Below, in pieces: positions 1-14,074 of a DNA stretch of 64,000 bases (its first letter is position 1; the number at the start of each line of letters is the position of its first letter). A program made the translations under genes and the position numbers. This DNA is from Eledone cirrhosa (lineage: Eukaryota), in NCBI GenBank assembly GCA_964016885.1, contig OZ024743.1:11842001-11906000 (forward strand), read 5' to 3'. A model generated the notes under the pieces. That model worked only from the letters and a program-made list of their open reading frames with translations, ran no database searches and was not told where the DNA came from.

Positions 1-10
1 TTTATTTTAC

Positions 11-99
11 ACTACTCCGGAGTAACCAAACCAACCTGCGCACTTCGTCGAGTGCTCCAGCCTGCATACTGAGGTGTTGGTATACAACCAACATAAACT

Positions 100-103
<4 letters not shown>
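11..103 (+). mobile_element. Isolated PLE-type tail segment (ACTACTCC...TCGAGTGCTC) ending in (TA)n; parent element probably upstream of the window
   Basis: Same TACTC...TCGAGTGCT motif as tails at 13808-13896 and 61225-61311; followed by (TA)n. Confidence 0.5.
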
Positions 104-135
<32 letters not shown>

Positions 136-344
136 ATACTTTGGGAGGGTCATGTTGCCAATAAGAAACACACGCACCAGTTGCTTTCACTTCAATTTAA
201 TTTATTAAATATTTATAAATTTACAAATTTATAAATTTCTGGTTGGTTGGTTGGTTCCACAACCAGATAGTTGTTTATATATATATAGTCATAGTTCAAC
301 ACACTATTTCAGATAAAGAATCTTGCTAAACAAATTCAGAAACG

Positions 345-420
<76 letters not shown>

Positions 421-523
421 TATATATATATACATACATATACACATATATACATATATATACATATATATATATATACATATATATACATACATATATA
501 CATACATATACATACAAACACAC

Positions 524-944
<421 letters not shown>

Positions 945-1362
945 ACATACATACATACATACATACATACATACATACATACTTACATTTAAGTAAGTGC
1001 CGTACTAAGAGTGAGAAATGAAATTTCGTTTCATTCTATTCTATATATATATTTATATATATATATATATGCCTATTAATGTCAAATTTGAACCTATAAG
1101 TCACGCTTCAATTCTAATCAACGAATCAAGTCTCGGTATGAAATGAAGATGCATACATTTCATTCTCCAGTAACATCTATTGGAGATGATTTCAAAAGAA
1201 ATGGCGCTTCTTCCAGAATAAATCTTTCTGCACATGTTAACAAGCTAACTTGTAAAAAATTATTGAAATTAAAGATGACTATTGATAAGCTGGTAAGCCG
1301 ACTCTCATTTTAAAATAAAATTAAGGTATTTCCAGAGGTCGAATTTAAAAAAAAAAAAGAGT

Positions 1363-1433
1363 TGCATCGGCCGGGAATTGAACCCGGGCCTCCCGCGTGG
1401 CAGGCGAGAATTCTACCACTGAACCACCGATGC
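1363..1433 (-). tRNA. tRNA-Gly(GCC)
   Basis: Reverse complement GCATCGGTGGTTCAGTGGTAGAATTCTCGCCTGCCACGCGGGAGGCCCGGGTTCAATTCCCGGCCGATGCA; A and B boxes intact; downstream T-run terminator. Confidence 0.95.
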
Positions 1434-1550
1434 TTACGAAGTTTTCGCCTAGATTTTATACATATCTAGCATTGGAGTGTAGTGGGTTCATTTTATACTT
1501 TTAGTGCTGTAAGTAAGGTACTCAATACTAAGCTGAGTATAATTTATATA

Positions 1551-1836
1551 TCTACAACTGAGGATGTCTGTCTGTCTGTCAGTCTGACTCCCTAAAACTC
1601 GAGAATCACTCAACCGATTGTTTTCAAACTTTACACATGTAATACTTATGGTCTTGTGAGTGTTTTGAGAAAAAGATATTTCAAATTATCAATGCCCTAG
1701 GGACGGCATTAGGCGATTTAGCGATCTCTCTCTATAATTTTTAGTCTTTCTTTTTAGATAGATACATAGATATAACGTTGCGCCCTTATAATATCTTTCT
1801 GTATGTCTGGCTGTCTTCATTACGGCATTATGACGC

Positions 1837-1911
<75 letters not shown>

Positions 1912-2433
1912 TGAAGTTTCCGTTGAAACTTGCAAATGTCATAAGAGTGAAGAGTGCTCTATGTAAGTACCAGAGCTAAATTTAATGTATAATTAATAAT
2001 ACAATATAATTACCTCATTACCAGAGGTTTCCCGAATAAGACGAATACGAAAAACGTCCTCATTCGTTCATCGGACAAGGCAATTTAAAACATAGTGATA
2101 TATTTGAAAAATCTGCTCAAGAAAGGCAAGAGTTTAACGGGCAAAAAAAAATATATATAAATAAATAAAAGTAATGCAAGAGATATATAAAAAAAAAAAA
2201 GGAAATATAGTTAGGGTATGTGTATATGTATGTATATTCACTCACAAATATACATATGTGTGGGCATACATGACCTTTAGCGTCGCAACAATGAAAGCAG
2301 ATCTATTTTCACCCTCGAACGTCGTGCCCACACCCTGTGTGTGTGTGTTTAAACGAAACATGCTGGCGACGAAGCTTCTTCTTTGCACGGCTCCATGTGC
2401 TCTCTATTAGTGTGCTCTCTCTCTATATATATA

Positions 2434-2482
<49 letters not shown>

Positions 2483-2781
2483 ATATATATATATATATAG
2501 TGTGTAACGATTTTCGAAATATTTTCTTCTGCGTTCAAAGATTTATTACTTCTAGTTTCAGAAGATCCCGTTAAGGGTGAAAGCAGCGATTCTTTGATTA
2601 AACTTTAATCTGTTATTTTAATATATATATAATTATATATTCGTGTACAGATAATTTTGCATACACAATAACAAAATATAAACAAACGTATTTATTTCAC
2701 GAGGCTTGATAAGGATAAATATATATCAAATATATAAGAACCCTAGAGCATATCCCGAGCCACGCCGGGCCTTTCTGCTAG
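1551..2781 (+). mobile_element. Non-autonomous Helitron-like element, probably with internal insertions
   Basis: 5' TC start with (TGTC)n; 3' cccgagccacgccggg hairpin followed by CTAG|T at 2778-2782; 1598-1650 matches the reverse complement of 44620-44665. Confidence 0.55.
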
Positions 2782-2787
2782 TTATTA

Positions 2788-2911
2788 TCGACCCCGTAAG
2801 GATGAAAGGCAAAGTCAACCTCGGCGGGATTTGAACTCAGATCGTAAAGGGACGTAACTATGATGGAAAGCATGGCGTCCGACCCTCTACCGATACTGCC
2901 ATCCACCGACC
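2788..2911 (-). mobile_element. tRNA-derived SINE, 5' part
   Basis: Matches the family at 22142-22328: A and B boxes, gcctttcatccttacggggtcgataa domain. Confidence 0.8.
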
Positions 2912-2963
2912 AAATAGAAATATAATGGTAGATATAAATAAAATAGGGGACAAAAGTTCGTGA

Positions 2964-3002
2964 GCATCGGTGGTTCAGTGGTAGAATTCTCACCTGCCAC
3001 GC
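2964..3002 (+). pseudogene. Truncated tRNA-Gly(GCC), 5' half only
   Basis: gcatcggtggttcagtggtagaattctcacctgccacgc, then an abrupt switch to RT-coding sequence. Confidence 0.85.
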
Positions 3003-3480
3003 CAGTCGTCAGAAAGAATCTGATCACTTTCCTCGAGGAAAATGACCGCCTGACTAGCACGCAGCATGGCTTCCGCCCAGGAAGAAGCTGCCTTACACAG
3101 CTGCTACATCATTACGATTGGGTACTGAAACAACTGCTAGATAGCTCACATGTGGACGTGATATATCTTGACTTTGAGAAGGCCTTTGACAAGGTCGACC
3201 ACGGAATATGTCACAAACTACACGGACTCGGAATAACTGGAAAAGTAGGTGAGTGGCTGCATAACTTCTTAAAGGACAGAAGTCGCAGCAAACGGGGCTC
3301 TCTCAAAGGAAACATCAATAACAAGTGGGGTGCCCCAAGGGACAGTCCTGGGACCACTACTGTTTTTGGTGGCTCTCTCAGACATGCCCTCTGTAGTACA
3401 TACAACAGCATCCCTCACTAGCTATGCTGATGATACTAAGATAGCACAGGCAATAAAAAATCCGACTGACGCTGCCCTGT
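3003..3480 (+). mobile_element. Degenerate non-LTR retrotransposon RT fragment (CR1/L2/Daphne-like)
   Basis: QHGFRPGRSCLTQL, VIYLDFEKAFDKVDH; frameshifted GVPQGTVLGP and YADD (tatgctgatgat at 3423). Confidence 0.85.
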
Positions 3481-4540
3481 GTAGCAATTAGTTCATACAT
3501 TGTAGAAATGATGGAAATAATATATTTTGCTCTCAAATGAACAATTTTGTCATTTCCATAATCCATTTACAAATAGAAACTGGTAGCGTCTCATAATTTC
3601 TCTCAGATAATGTTTGAATTGAGGAATTCTTTATATCTGATGATGTGTAAGATTTAGTAATATATTATATGCAAAAAATGGAATATATTGAATTCCATAA
3701 TTTGCTAGTTGATGAATGTGATTTTAGTGGAATAAATTGTCATTATGAGAACATTATGGGAACAAATATGTATTCGGCAAGAAAGTGTCACTCGTCTAGA
3801 GAGCATCAACATAGATAATATTTTGAATTACCGTGGCATGAGTTGAGCGGCTAATTTTTATTAGTTAGTGATCAAAAGTTTAAATCTCTAATTCCAGTGT
3901 AACAAGTATTTCATTCACTTTACCTAAGACATATTCATTTCTTCACTTCGATGAAATATTTTATCATCTCAATCAATCCAATTACATCTTTAAAGTGGCT
4001 GATTATATCTAGTTCTTCATCCCAGAATATAGAAATAGATATTAATGCAGAATGGAATGTATGCCTCTTTGTTTCATACTTAAAAGAATGAGCTTTGATT
4101 AGACTTGCAGTGACTTATGATTTCGTATTTAGCATTAATGGACGTATGTATATATAAATATCTAAATATGTATGTATATATTTAATATACTCCCTTACTA
4201 TGCTTTGACACATAGTGTTGTCTGGTAGTTTAAATACATTTGCAATACCATGTACCGCGATTAAGCAGGTGAAAATTTTATAAAGATTTGTCTGTTTCAT
4301 GTAATTTCAACTTTCAAATATTTCTTTAAATGTTAACAAGGTAACATATAAAAACCCATTGAAATAATAGACGACCATTGATAACCTGGAAAGAGGATTT
4401 AAATTTTAAAGCAATCCTAATGCATGGTCAGAGCTAAAATATAAGACGTTGCCTCAGCTGGGAATAGAAATGTGTCAAAGCATAGTATGGGTTTAATTAA
4501 ACATATATATTTATAAATATATATTAATATTTAATTAAAC

Positions 4541-4584
<44 letters not shown>

Positions 4585-4605
4585 CATATATATATATATA
4601 TATAT

Positions 4606-4683
<78 letters not shown>

Positions 4684-4815
4684 TGGAGGGGGGGGGTGTA
4701 TGTTTGTGTGTGTGTTTGTGTGTGAATATATATATATAGTTTTAATATAGAAGAGCTTCTACAGGACTAGAACTGTTTCATTCACTGGTTACCTCCGATT
4801 CAACCCCAAATAACT

Positions 4816-4871
<56 letters not shown>

Positions 4872-4904
4872 TGGGGGTGGGTGGTGCGTGTGTGTGTTTG
4901 TGTG

Positions 4905-4968
<64 letters not shown>

Positions 4969-5521
4969 AATATATATATATGTCTATTAATGTCAAATAC
5001 GAACATATAATTATATGTTCGTATTTGACACTTCAATTCTATTCAAGGCTCATCATGAAATGAAGATTCTTATATTCCTTTCTCCAGTAACATCTATTTC
5101 TATATTCACCGATGAAGAACTAGATATAATCAGCCACCTTAAATATACAATTCATTGATTGAGATGATAAAATATTTCATCGAAGTGAAGAAAATATATG
5201 TCTTATGTAAAATGAATGAAATAAATGATATAATGGAATATGAATATGTACTGAATTAGCGATTTAAATCGTTGACCACTATTTAGTTTTGATGAAATAA
5301 AAATTAGCGGCTCAAGTCATGCCACACTAATTCAAAATGGTATGATCGTTAATGCTCTCTAAAAGAGTGACACTATCTTGCAGAATGCATATCCTTTCCC
5401 ATAATAACAATGTATTCTATGAAAATAATTCACTGAAATCGCACTAGAACATTCGTCAAGAGGATCAAAATTCTGAAACAAAACTAAGAGTTTTCAAGAG
5501 CTAAAAGTATATAGATAATTT

Positions 5522-5592
5522 TGCATCGGCCGGGAATCGAACCCGGGTCACATGCGTGGGAAGCGAGTATTCTACCATTGAACAATCGATGT
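5522..5592 (-). pseudogene. Degenerate tRNA-Gly(CCC)
   Basis: Homologous to 6855-6925; several acceptor and anticodon stem substitutions; B box intact. Confidence 0.75.
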
Positions 5593-5829
5593 TCCGTTTT
5601 TGAGAGATCAAATTGAATTCATATCATGAACTTCAATTCAATTTACATTCAATGTAATATTTCAAAATGTCTGAGTTCTCGTTCGATATTTTACATATAA
5701 TTTATTACTAATTCTTAGGAATCATCAGATATAAAGAACACCTTAATTGAATCTGTATATATAAGCTACCAGGTTTTATCTGTAAATAGTTAATGAAGAT
5801 GACAAAATAATTTATCTAGGGCAACAGAA

Positions 5830-5908
<79 letters not shown>

Positions 5909-6264
5909 GGCATTTCTACAATGTATGAAATAATTGTTACTCTGGAAGCCAAGAATTTTTATGGAATAAAACATAAAACTTGTTACAACACTGACACAAT
6001 AATGTGAGGAACTAAGAATTGGACGATCACTAAGTACGAAGGTATCATACAATATGATATTGAATGGAAATAGAATTAAAATGGCTGATATGAATAAAAT
6101 CTGGATTATTATATACATAACATACATGTAAATATATAAACATGTATGTATATGAGATTTATGTAGAACAGTGAATATGAACGAAGATCTTTTGTAATAT
6201 CATTTTGAAACCAAATAGAAATATAATGCTAGATATAAATAAAAACTAGACTCACCGATCATGT

Positions 6265-6335
6265 GCATCGGTGGTTCAGTGGTAGAATTCTCGCCTGCCA
6301 CGCGGGAGACCCGGGTTCAATTCCCGGCCGATGCA
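6265..6335 (+). tRNA. tRNA-Gly(GCC)
   Basis: Complete 71-nt cloverleaf with GCC anticodon; T6 terminator immediately downstream. Confidence 0.95.
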
Positions 6336-6854
6336 ACTTTTTAAATTTGAGCTCTGGTAATACCTTAGGATTACTTTAAAATCTAAGTCGAATTGCTTGT
6401 TTATCAATAATCATCTTTTATTTCAATAATCTTTTACACGTTAACTTGTTAACATGTAAAGAAATATTTATTCTGGGAGAATCTCCATTTGTTTTCAGAT
6501 CATCAACAACTATATTATTTTGAACATCTGTGGCTAGACTTGATCGTCCAATTGTTAGTTCCTCACATTTTGTCAGTGCCGTAACAATTCTTAGATTCTT
6601 GCGTAACAATTATTTCATATATTGTAGAAATGACGGATATTATTCTTTGCTCTCAAATGAACAATTTTGTCATTTCCATAATCCTATTTACAATAGAAAC
6701 TGGAAGCTTCTCACATAACGTTTCAATTAAGGAATTCTCTGTATCTGATGATCTGTAAGATTTAGTAATATATTATATGTAAAAGATCGTAAGAGAACTA
6801 AGACATTTTTGTATATCGCATTAAATGTGAAATAACTTGAAGTCGCTGAAGAGA

Positions 6855-6925
6855 GCATCGGCTGTTCAATGGTAGAATGCGCGCCTCCCACGCGTGTGAT
6901 CCGGGTTCGATTCCCGGCCGATGCA
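6855..6925 (+). tRNA. tRNA-Gly(CCC), divergent, possibly a pseudogene
   Basis: gcatcggctgttcaatggtagaatgcgcgcctCCCacgcgtgtgatccgggttcgattcccggccgatgca; T4 downstream. Confidence 0.75.
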
Positions 6926-7914
6926 TAATTTTCTTTATACTTTTAGCTCTTGAAAACTCTTAGTTTTGTTTCAAAATTTTAATCCTCTTGCTATTTGTTG
7001 AATGTCTAGTATGATTTCCTTGTAAGATTTAGTAATATATTATATGTAAAAGATCGAAAGAGAACTAAGACATATTTCTATATCATATTAAATGCAAAAT
7101 AAATTGAATTCCATAATTTGTTAGTTGATGAATGTTCTAGTATGATTTTAGTGAATTATTTTCTTTGAAAAAATTGTCATTATGGGAACAAATATGTATT
7201 CAAATATGCAAGAAAGTGTCACCCGTTTAGAGAGCATCAACATTGATACTATTTTGAATTACCGTGGCATGAATTTAGCGGCTAATTTTTATTAGTTAGT
7301 GGTCAAAAGTTTAAATCTCTAATTCAGTAAATATTTATATTCTAGTGAAACAATTATTTCATTCACTTTACATAAGACATATTCAATTCTTCACTTCGAT
7401 GAAATATTTTATCATCTTATAATATACCGCGATTAAGCAGGCAGAACTTTTATAAAGATTTGTCTGTTTCATGTAAATTCAACTTTCAAATATTTCTTTA
7501 AATGTTAACAAGGTAACATACAAAAACCCATTGAAATAATAGACGACCATTGATAACCTGGAAAGATGATTTAAATTTTAAAGCAATCTTAATGCATTGT
7601 CAGAGCTAAAATATGAGACGTTTCCTCGGCCGGGAATAGAACAATGTGTCAAAGCATAGTATGGGTTTAATTAAACACACACACATATATATAAATAAAC
7701 TTCAATCTGTTATTTTAATAAATATTGGGTCTATTGTTCTTATATATTTGATATATATTTATTCTTATCGAGCCCTCTTTGGATTTTGGTCTTCACATTT
7801 ATTATTATTACTATAAATGGGTGTATATATATATATATACTTGGGGAGGGTCATATTGTTCTAATATAGCCAGAAATAATAACATAACACACTCACTGTT
7901 TGGTTGCTTTTCGC

Positions 7915-7962
<48 letters not shown>

Positions 7963-8001
7963 GATATTAACAAATGGAAACTATATTTATAAAACCATAT
8001 T

Positions 8002-8066
8002 TATTTCATTATACATATTTCAAGGATACCAAGTTAAATTATGGTATGCCTTCATCAGACAAAATA
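8002..8066 (-). ncRNA. Minimal type I hammerhead ribozyme (left arm)
   Basis: Mirror copy of 13702-13766. Confidence 0.8.
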
Positions 8067-9637
8067 CAATATATACCAGTTTTATAAATAAACATTGACG
8101 TACCCTTTCAAAATGCGATCATTACTTTTGGAAGACATCAGGATAGTGGTTTGTTTATTTTAGTAAGTTGTTGTGTTAAGGAAAAGTAAAAAGACGGAGA
8201 GATGGAGAGAAACGTGGAGAAAAGAAAGGGAGAGATAAATAAAGAAAAAGAAGAAAGAAAAAAAGAAAAAAGAAAAAAAGAAAACAGAGGAAAACAACAG
8301 AGAGATATCAAACCACCAGACAGAGAGAAAAAACTCAAGAGAGAGAAATATAGAGATAGAGAGAGGGGGAGAGAACGAAAACCTTAAGTCATGTCATTTT
8401 AACTTGAGTTAACATTTGAGATGAAATGAATAAATAAAATTAGAAATATTAATATTTATGAATGGAATATACATATATAATATGAGAAATTAATCATTGT
8501 TTAATTATGATTAGATATTTAGTTTAAAAATTGAGATCAATATATTAAAAATTGGAATTTAAACATTACAAAATATATATATTGCTAGAGAAATTACCTA
8601 TCGTATATCACGTACACATAGGCAAAGATACATAAATATATATATACACACACACTCGGAAAAATACACATTATATCTACTCCCGCATATAACATATACA
8701 TACAAAGCATAAGTGATTTGTTTATTACTGCTATACATTCCTTGTGTTATTAAATAACATTTTTTAGTATATATATATAAATATATAGGATTAACTTTCA
8801 TGCATGTATGGCTGTTAAATTATGCATATCTGCAATCAAAACTGCATGGGTAAGCATGTACATGCACACACACAATTCTTAGCTATACATATATAAATAT
8901 GTGTGTGCATCTTCACCCAATTGGTAGACACGCGTCACTCATGCATATATACAGACAGACATATACTCATAAAAAAGCATATAACACATGTATATGTATG
9001 TTAATACACATATATAGATAATAATCGTATAGAGATAAGTATACATCAATATATTACATAGTATAATCGAGTATATAAAATACAAAAGGATTATATTTTG
9101 GAAATATAATTATATCAATATAACTTAAAAGGCAAACGAATTCTACAAATATCAAAATATTAAAATATTTTAAAATATTATAGAATATTTCAAGCTAAAA
9201 TAATATGTTTAATAGATTTAGTATAGAAATTTATCTTACGTATATTTTAATCAAGATATTGAAAGGATTTTGAAAATTATGAGAAGCTATCAGAATAAAA
9301 ACAAACCTAATGAAAAATAAATAAAATATTATATCAATATAACTTAAAAAACAAGGATTCTACAGATATCAAAATATTAAAATATTTAAAAATATTATAG
9401 AATATTTTAAGCTAAAATAATATGTTTAATATATTTAGTATAGAGATTTATCTTATGTATATTTCATTCAAGATATTGAAAGGATAAACTTTTCTAGAAT
9501 AGTTTATTATATTTATATTTATATTTAGGAAGAAAATTTATACTTGAGTACTTAATCAAAGAAAATGAAAAAGGTGAAGGAATCTAATGATTTATCGACA
9601 GATTTCATATATTAACCAAATTACTTAATTAATTAAA

Positions 9638-10880
9638 CTACATTTTAAATTTATATTTATATTTAAATGTTGAGTTCAATCTATGTCTGCAGCAACTGAA
9701 TAAATTATTCCTTAAATTAAGGGAATTGTTGGTCTTTAATATAAAAAATATTTCCTCTATACAAAGATTACAATTTTCTGAAGAGGAGTTAAAAGGAGTA
9801 GCTTTTGAAATAATATTCCAAATCAGCGAATATTCAACATTATCTCGTTTTAGGTCCCATAATAGGCTAGATAGCGAAGTTGAAGATTTTTTGTTTGGAT
9901 CCGTAAAAGAGTTTTTATGATTATTGAAGCGGGATTTAAATTCTGTAGAGGTAGAACCGACATAATTAAATGAATTTAAATTAGTTTTAACATTACAATT
10001 ATAAACTACATTTTTAGCTAAGCAGTTGTTAATTAACGGACAGTTGGATTTATTTCTACAGTTACAATTATTCGATTGGATATTGCTTGGGTTATTATTG
10101 GTATTTTGGTTAGGTTTTAAATTTCTATTATTAATTCTATTAATATTTTGCGCTAAATTTTTGGTGGAAGAGTAAGTTAACTTTATAGTATGTCTATTAA
10201 AAATTGAGTAATATTTATGTGTTCTAGGGAAGCGTTTGTCAAGAGCTTTAAAGAATAGTTTAGCAATAGGGGTTTTAATATTAAGTGAGAAAGGAGGAGC
10301 GAACCATAATATATTCCTAGTTCTATTTCTTTTTCGGCTTTCGGAATTATTGTAATGTTTTCTATTATAGTTGTTAAAATTGTTACCATAATTAAAGTTG
10401 TTATTATTTTGGTTAGTTTGTATATTATTATTATTATCGATGTATTTAATTTTATTTCTATACCTAGCTCTACCTAACGCTTCGTTGTAATAATGCGCTT
10501 TTTCATCAAATATATTCTTATTAGATGAAATTCTTGAAATTCGTTCTTGAACAGAGTTCACTATCGTATTTTTAACGGATCTGGAGTGATTAGAGTTGAA
10601 ATTGACATAATTTAAGTTCTCATTTAGTTTGTGAAATGGATAATGAAGACATGTGTTGAGATTTAGTGTTACATCTAAAAAATTGACTATTTTATGGTTA
10701 TTCTCTATTTCTACTTTTAGATTAAGGTAATTAAAAAATTGTATAATTTGTTTTCTTTTTCTATTTAGTTCACAGCTATTATTTTCTATAAGTAACAGCA
10801 TGTCGTCACGATATAAGCCTCCGGTTACACCTGGTATTTTTCTATGTAGAGAATTAATTATAAATAGGCCCACAAGGTCT
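9638..10880 (-). pseudogene. 5'-truncated PLE ORF: RT C-terminal part plus GIY-YIG endonuclease (Hydra-clade-like)
   Basis: GLYRDD, VNFLDVTLNL, YVNFNSNH, CNCRNKSNCPL..CL, VVY...YVG, R..NH, CNLC..E, LN.R, CCRH. Confidence 0.9.
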
Positions 10881-11038
10881 CTTAAGATCTCTTCTTCTCT
10901 AAAAGACATACCTCTACCTATAAACAAAAATTTTATTAAACAATTAATAGAAAAATCAGACTCTTTTATAAGAAGAATCAGGTGGCGTGCTTTCCACTTC
11001 GATAAATCTAATCTAAATGAAAATGTTTCAAATCTGGA
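10881..11038 (+). pseudogene. PLE ORF N-terminal fragment joined by a large deletion to the post-RT region
   Basis: SLKDIPLP..NFIKQLIEKSDSFIRRIRWRAFHF resembles the conserved N-terminus of this PLE type (recognised from memory, not searched). Confidence 0.65.
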
Positions 11039-12130
11039 TACCTTAATCTAAAAGTAGAAATAGAGAATAACCATAAAATAGTCAATTTTTTAGATGTAAC
11101 AGTAAATCTCAACATATGTCTTCATTATCCATTTCACAAACTAAATGAGAACTTAAATTATGTCAATTTTAACTCTAATCACTCCAGATCCGTTAAAAAT
11201 ACGATAGTGAACTCTGTTCAAGAACTAATTTCAAGAATTTCATCTAATAAGAATATATTTGATGAAAAAGCGCATTATTACAACGAAGCGTTAGGTAGAG
11301 CTAGGTATAGAAATAAAATTAAATACATCGATAATAATAATAATATACAAACTAACCAAAATAATAACAACTTTAATTATGGTAACAATTTTAACAACTA
11401 TAATAGAAAACATTACAATAATTCCGAAAGCCGAAAAAGAAATAGAACTAGGAATATATTATGGTTCGCTCCTCCTTTCTCACTTAATATTAAAACCCCT
11501 ATTGCTAAACTATTCTTTAAAGCTCTTGACAAACGCTTCCCTAGAACACATAAATATTACTCAATTTTTAATAGACATACTATAAAGTTAACTTACTCTT
11601 CCACCAAAAATTTAGCGCAAAATATTAATAGAATTAATAATAGAAATTTAAAACCTAACCAAAATACCAATAATAACCCAAGCAATATCCAATCGAATAA
11701 TTGTAACTGTAGAAATAAATCCAACTGTCCGTTAATTAACAACTGCTTAGCTAAAAATGTAGTTTATAATTGTAATGTTAAAACTAATTTAAATTCATTT
11801 AATTATGTCGGTTCTACCTCTACAGAATTTAAATCCCGCTTCAATAATCATAAAAACTCTTTTACGGATCCAAACAAAAAATCTTCAACTTCGCTATCTA
11901 GCCTATTATGGGACCTAAAACGAGGTAATGTTGAATATTCGCTGATTTGGAATATTATTTCAAAAGCTACTCCTTTTAACTCCTCTTCAGAAAATTGTAA
12001 TCTTTGTATAGAGGAAATATTTTTTATATTAAAGACCAACAATTCCCTTAATTTAAGGAATAATTTATTCAGTTGCTGCAGACATAGATTGAACTCAACA
12101 TTTAAATATAAATATAAATTTAAAATGTAG
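11039..12130 (+). pseudogene. PLE ORF, RT thumb plus GIY-YIG (right-arm copy)
   Basis: ORF 11207-12130 is nearly identical to the minus-arm ORF (ERIS vs ELIS, KRDN vs KRGN). Confidence 0.9.
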
Positions 12131-13701
12131 TTTAATTAATTAAGTAATTTGGTTAATATATGAAATCTGTCGATAAATCATTAGATTTCTTCACCTTTTT
12201 CATTTTCTTTGGTTAAGTACTCAAGTATAAATTTTCTTCCTAAATATAAATATAAATATAATAAACTATTCTAGAAAAGTTTATCCTTTCAATATCTTGA
12301 ATGAAATATACATAAGATAAATCTCTATACTAAATATATTAAATATATTATTTTAGCTTAAAATATTCTATAATATTTTTAAATATTTTAATATTTTGAT
12401 ATCTGTAGAATCCTTGTTTTTTAAGTTATATTGATATAATATTTTATTTATTTTTCATTAGGTTTGTTTTTATTCTGATAGCTTCTCATAATTTTCAAAA
12501 TCCTTTCAATATCTTGATTAAAATATACGTAAGATAAATTTCTATACTAAATCTATTAAACATATTATTTTAGCTTGAAATATTCTATAATATTTTAAAA
12601 TATTTTAATATTTTGATATTTGTAGAATTCGTTTGCCTTTTAAGTTATATTGATATAATTATATTTCCAAAATATAATCCTTTTGTATTTTATATACTCG
12701 ATTATACTATGTAATATATTGATGTATACTTATCTCTATACGATTATTATCTATATATGTGTATTAACATACATATACATGTGTTATATGCTTTTTTATG
12801 AGTATATGTCTGTCTGTATATATGCATGAGTGACGCGTGTCTACCAATTGGGTGAAGATGCACACACATATTTATATATGTATAGCTAAGAATTGTGTGT
12901 GTGCATGTACATGCTTACCCATGCAGTTTTGATTGCAGATATGCATAATTTAACAGCCATACATGCATGAAAGTTAATCCTATATATTTATATATATATA
13001 CTAAAAAATGTTATTTAATAACACAAGGAATGTATAGCAGTAATAAACAAATCACTTATGCTTTGTATGTATATGTTATATGCGGGAGTAGATATAATGT
13101 GTATTTTTCCGAGTGTGTGTGTATATATATATTTATGTATCTTTGCCTATGTGTACGTGATATACGATAGGTAATTTCTCTAGCAATATATATATTTTGT
13201 AATGTTTAAATTCCAATTTTTAATATATTGATCTCAATTTTTAAACTAAATATCTAATCATAATTAAACAATGATTAATTTCTCATATTATATATGTATA
13301 TTCCATTCATAAATATTAATATTTCTAATTTTATTTATTCATTTCATCTCAAATGTTAACTCAAGTTAAAATGACATGACTTAAGGTTTTCGTTCTCTCC
13401 CCCTCTCTCTATCTCTATATTTCTCTCTCTTGAGTTTTTTCTCTCTGTCTGGTGGTTTGATATCTCTCTGTTGTTTTCCTCTGTTTTCTTTTTTTCTTTT
13501 TTCTTTTTTTCTTTCTTCTTTTTCTTTATTTATCTCTCCCTTTCTTTTCTCCACGTTTCTCTCCATCTCTCCGTCTTTTTACTTTTCCTTAACACAACAA
13601 CTTACTAAAATAAACAAACCACTATCCTGATGTCTTCCAAAAGTAATGATCGCATTTTGAAAGGGTACGTCAATGTTTATTTATAAAACTGGTATATATT
13701 G

Positions 13702-13766
13702 TATTTTGTCTGATGAAGGCATACCATAATTTAACTTGGTATCCTTGAAATATGTATAATGAAATA
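13702..13766 (+). ncRNA. Minimal type I hammerhead ribozyme (right arm)
   Basis: tattttgt CTGATGA aggcatacc-loop-ggtatcctt GAAA tatgta TA atgaaata; stem I has 8 pairs including two G-U. Confidence 0.8.
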
Positions 13767-13893
13767 AATATGGTTTTATAAATATAGTTTCCATTTGTTA
13801 ATATCGTATATCTACTCCAAATACTTGTCGAGTGCTTTATATCAGTAATAAAAATATTTGCTTGTTGTATCCCAACAATTTAAATAGAACTTT

Positions 13894-13976
<83 letters not shown>

Positions 13977-14038
13977 TATAGTTAAAACAGAAAACAAAAA
14001 CATAGCGAAGAGTGGAGTACAAAATCTTAGTATTACGT

Positions 14039-14071
<33 letters not shown>

Positions 14072-14074
14072 GTA

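Larger units (their letters stand above)
7961..13896. mobile_element. Fold-back Penelope-like element: arms 7961-10729 and 11039-13807, spacer 10730-11038, one-sided tail 13808-13896, flanked by (TA)n
   Basis: Mirror coordinates sum to 21768 throughout (stop codons at 9638 and 12130); RT and GIY-YIG ORF in both arms; hammerhead near each outer end. Confidence 0.93.

Noticed and set aside
4445-4470. tRNA-like words here and at 7617-7645
   Set aside because: Only about 20-nt decayed 3' remnants; no cloverleaf
8138-8801. Short ORFs repeated identically at 12967-13630
   Set aside because: Mirror images in the low-complexity PLE 3' UTR caused by the palindrome
7961-13807. Palindromes as sequencing or assembly fold-back artefacts
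   Set aside because: Arms carry substitutions, spacers are structured, and the one-sided tail rule recurs across families; still merits confirmation with reads
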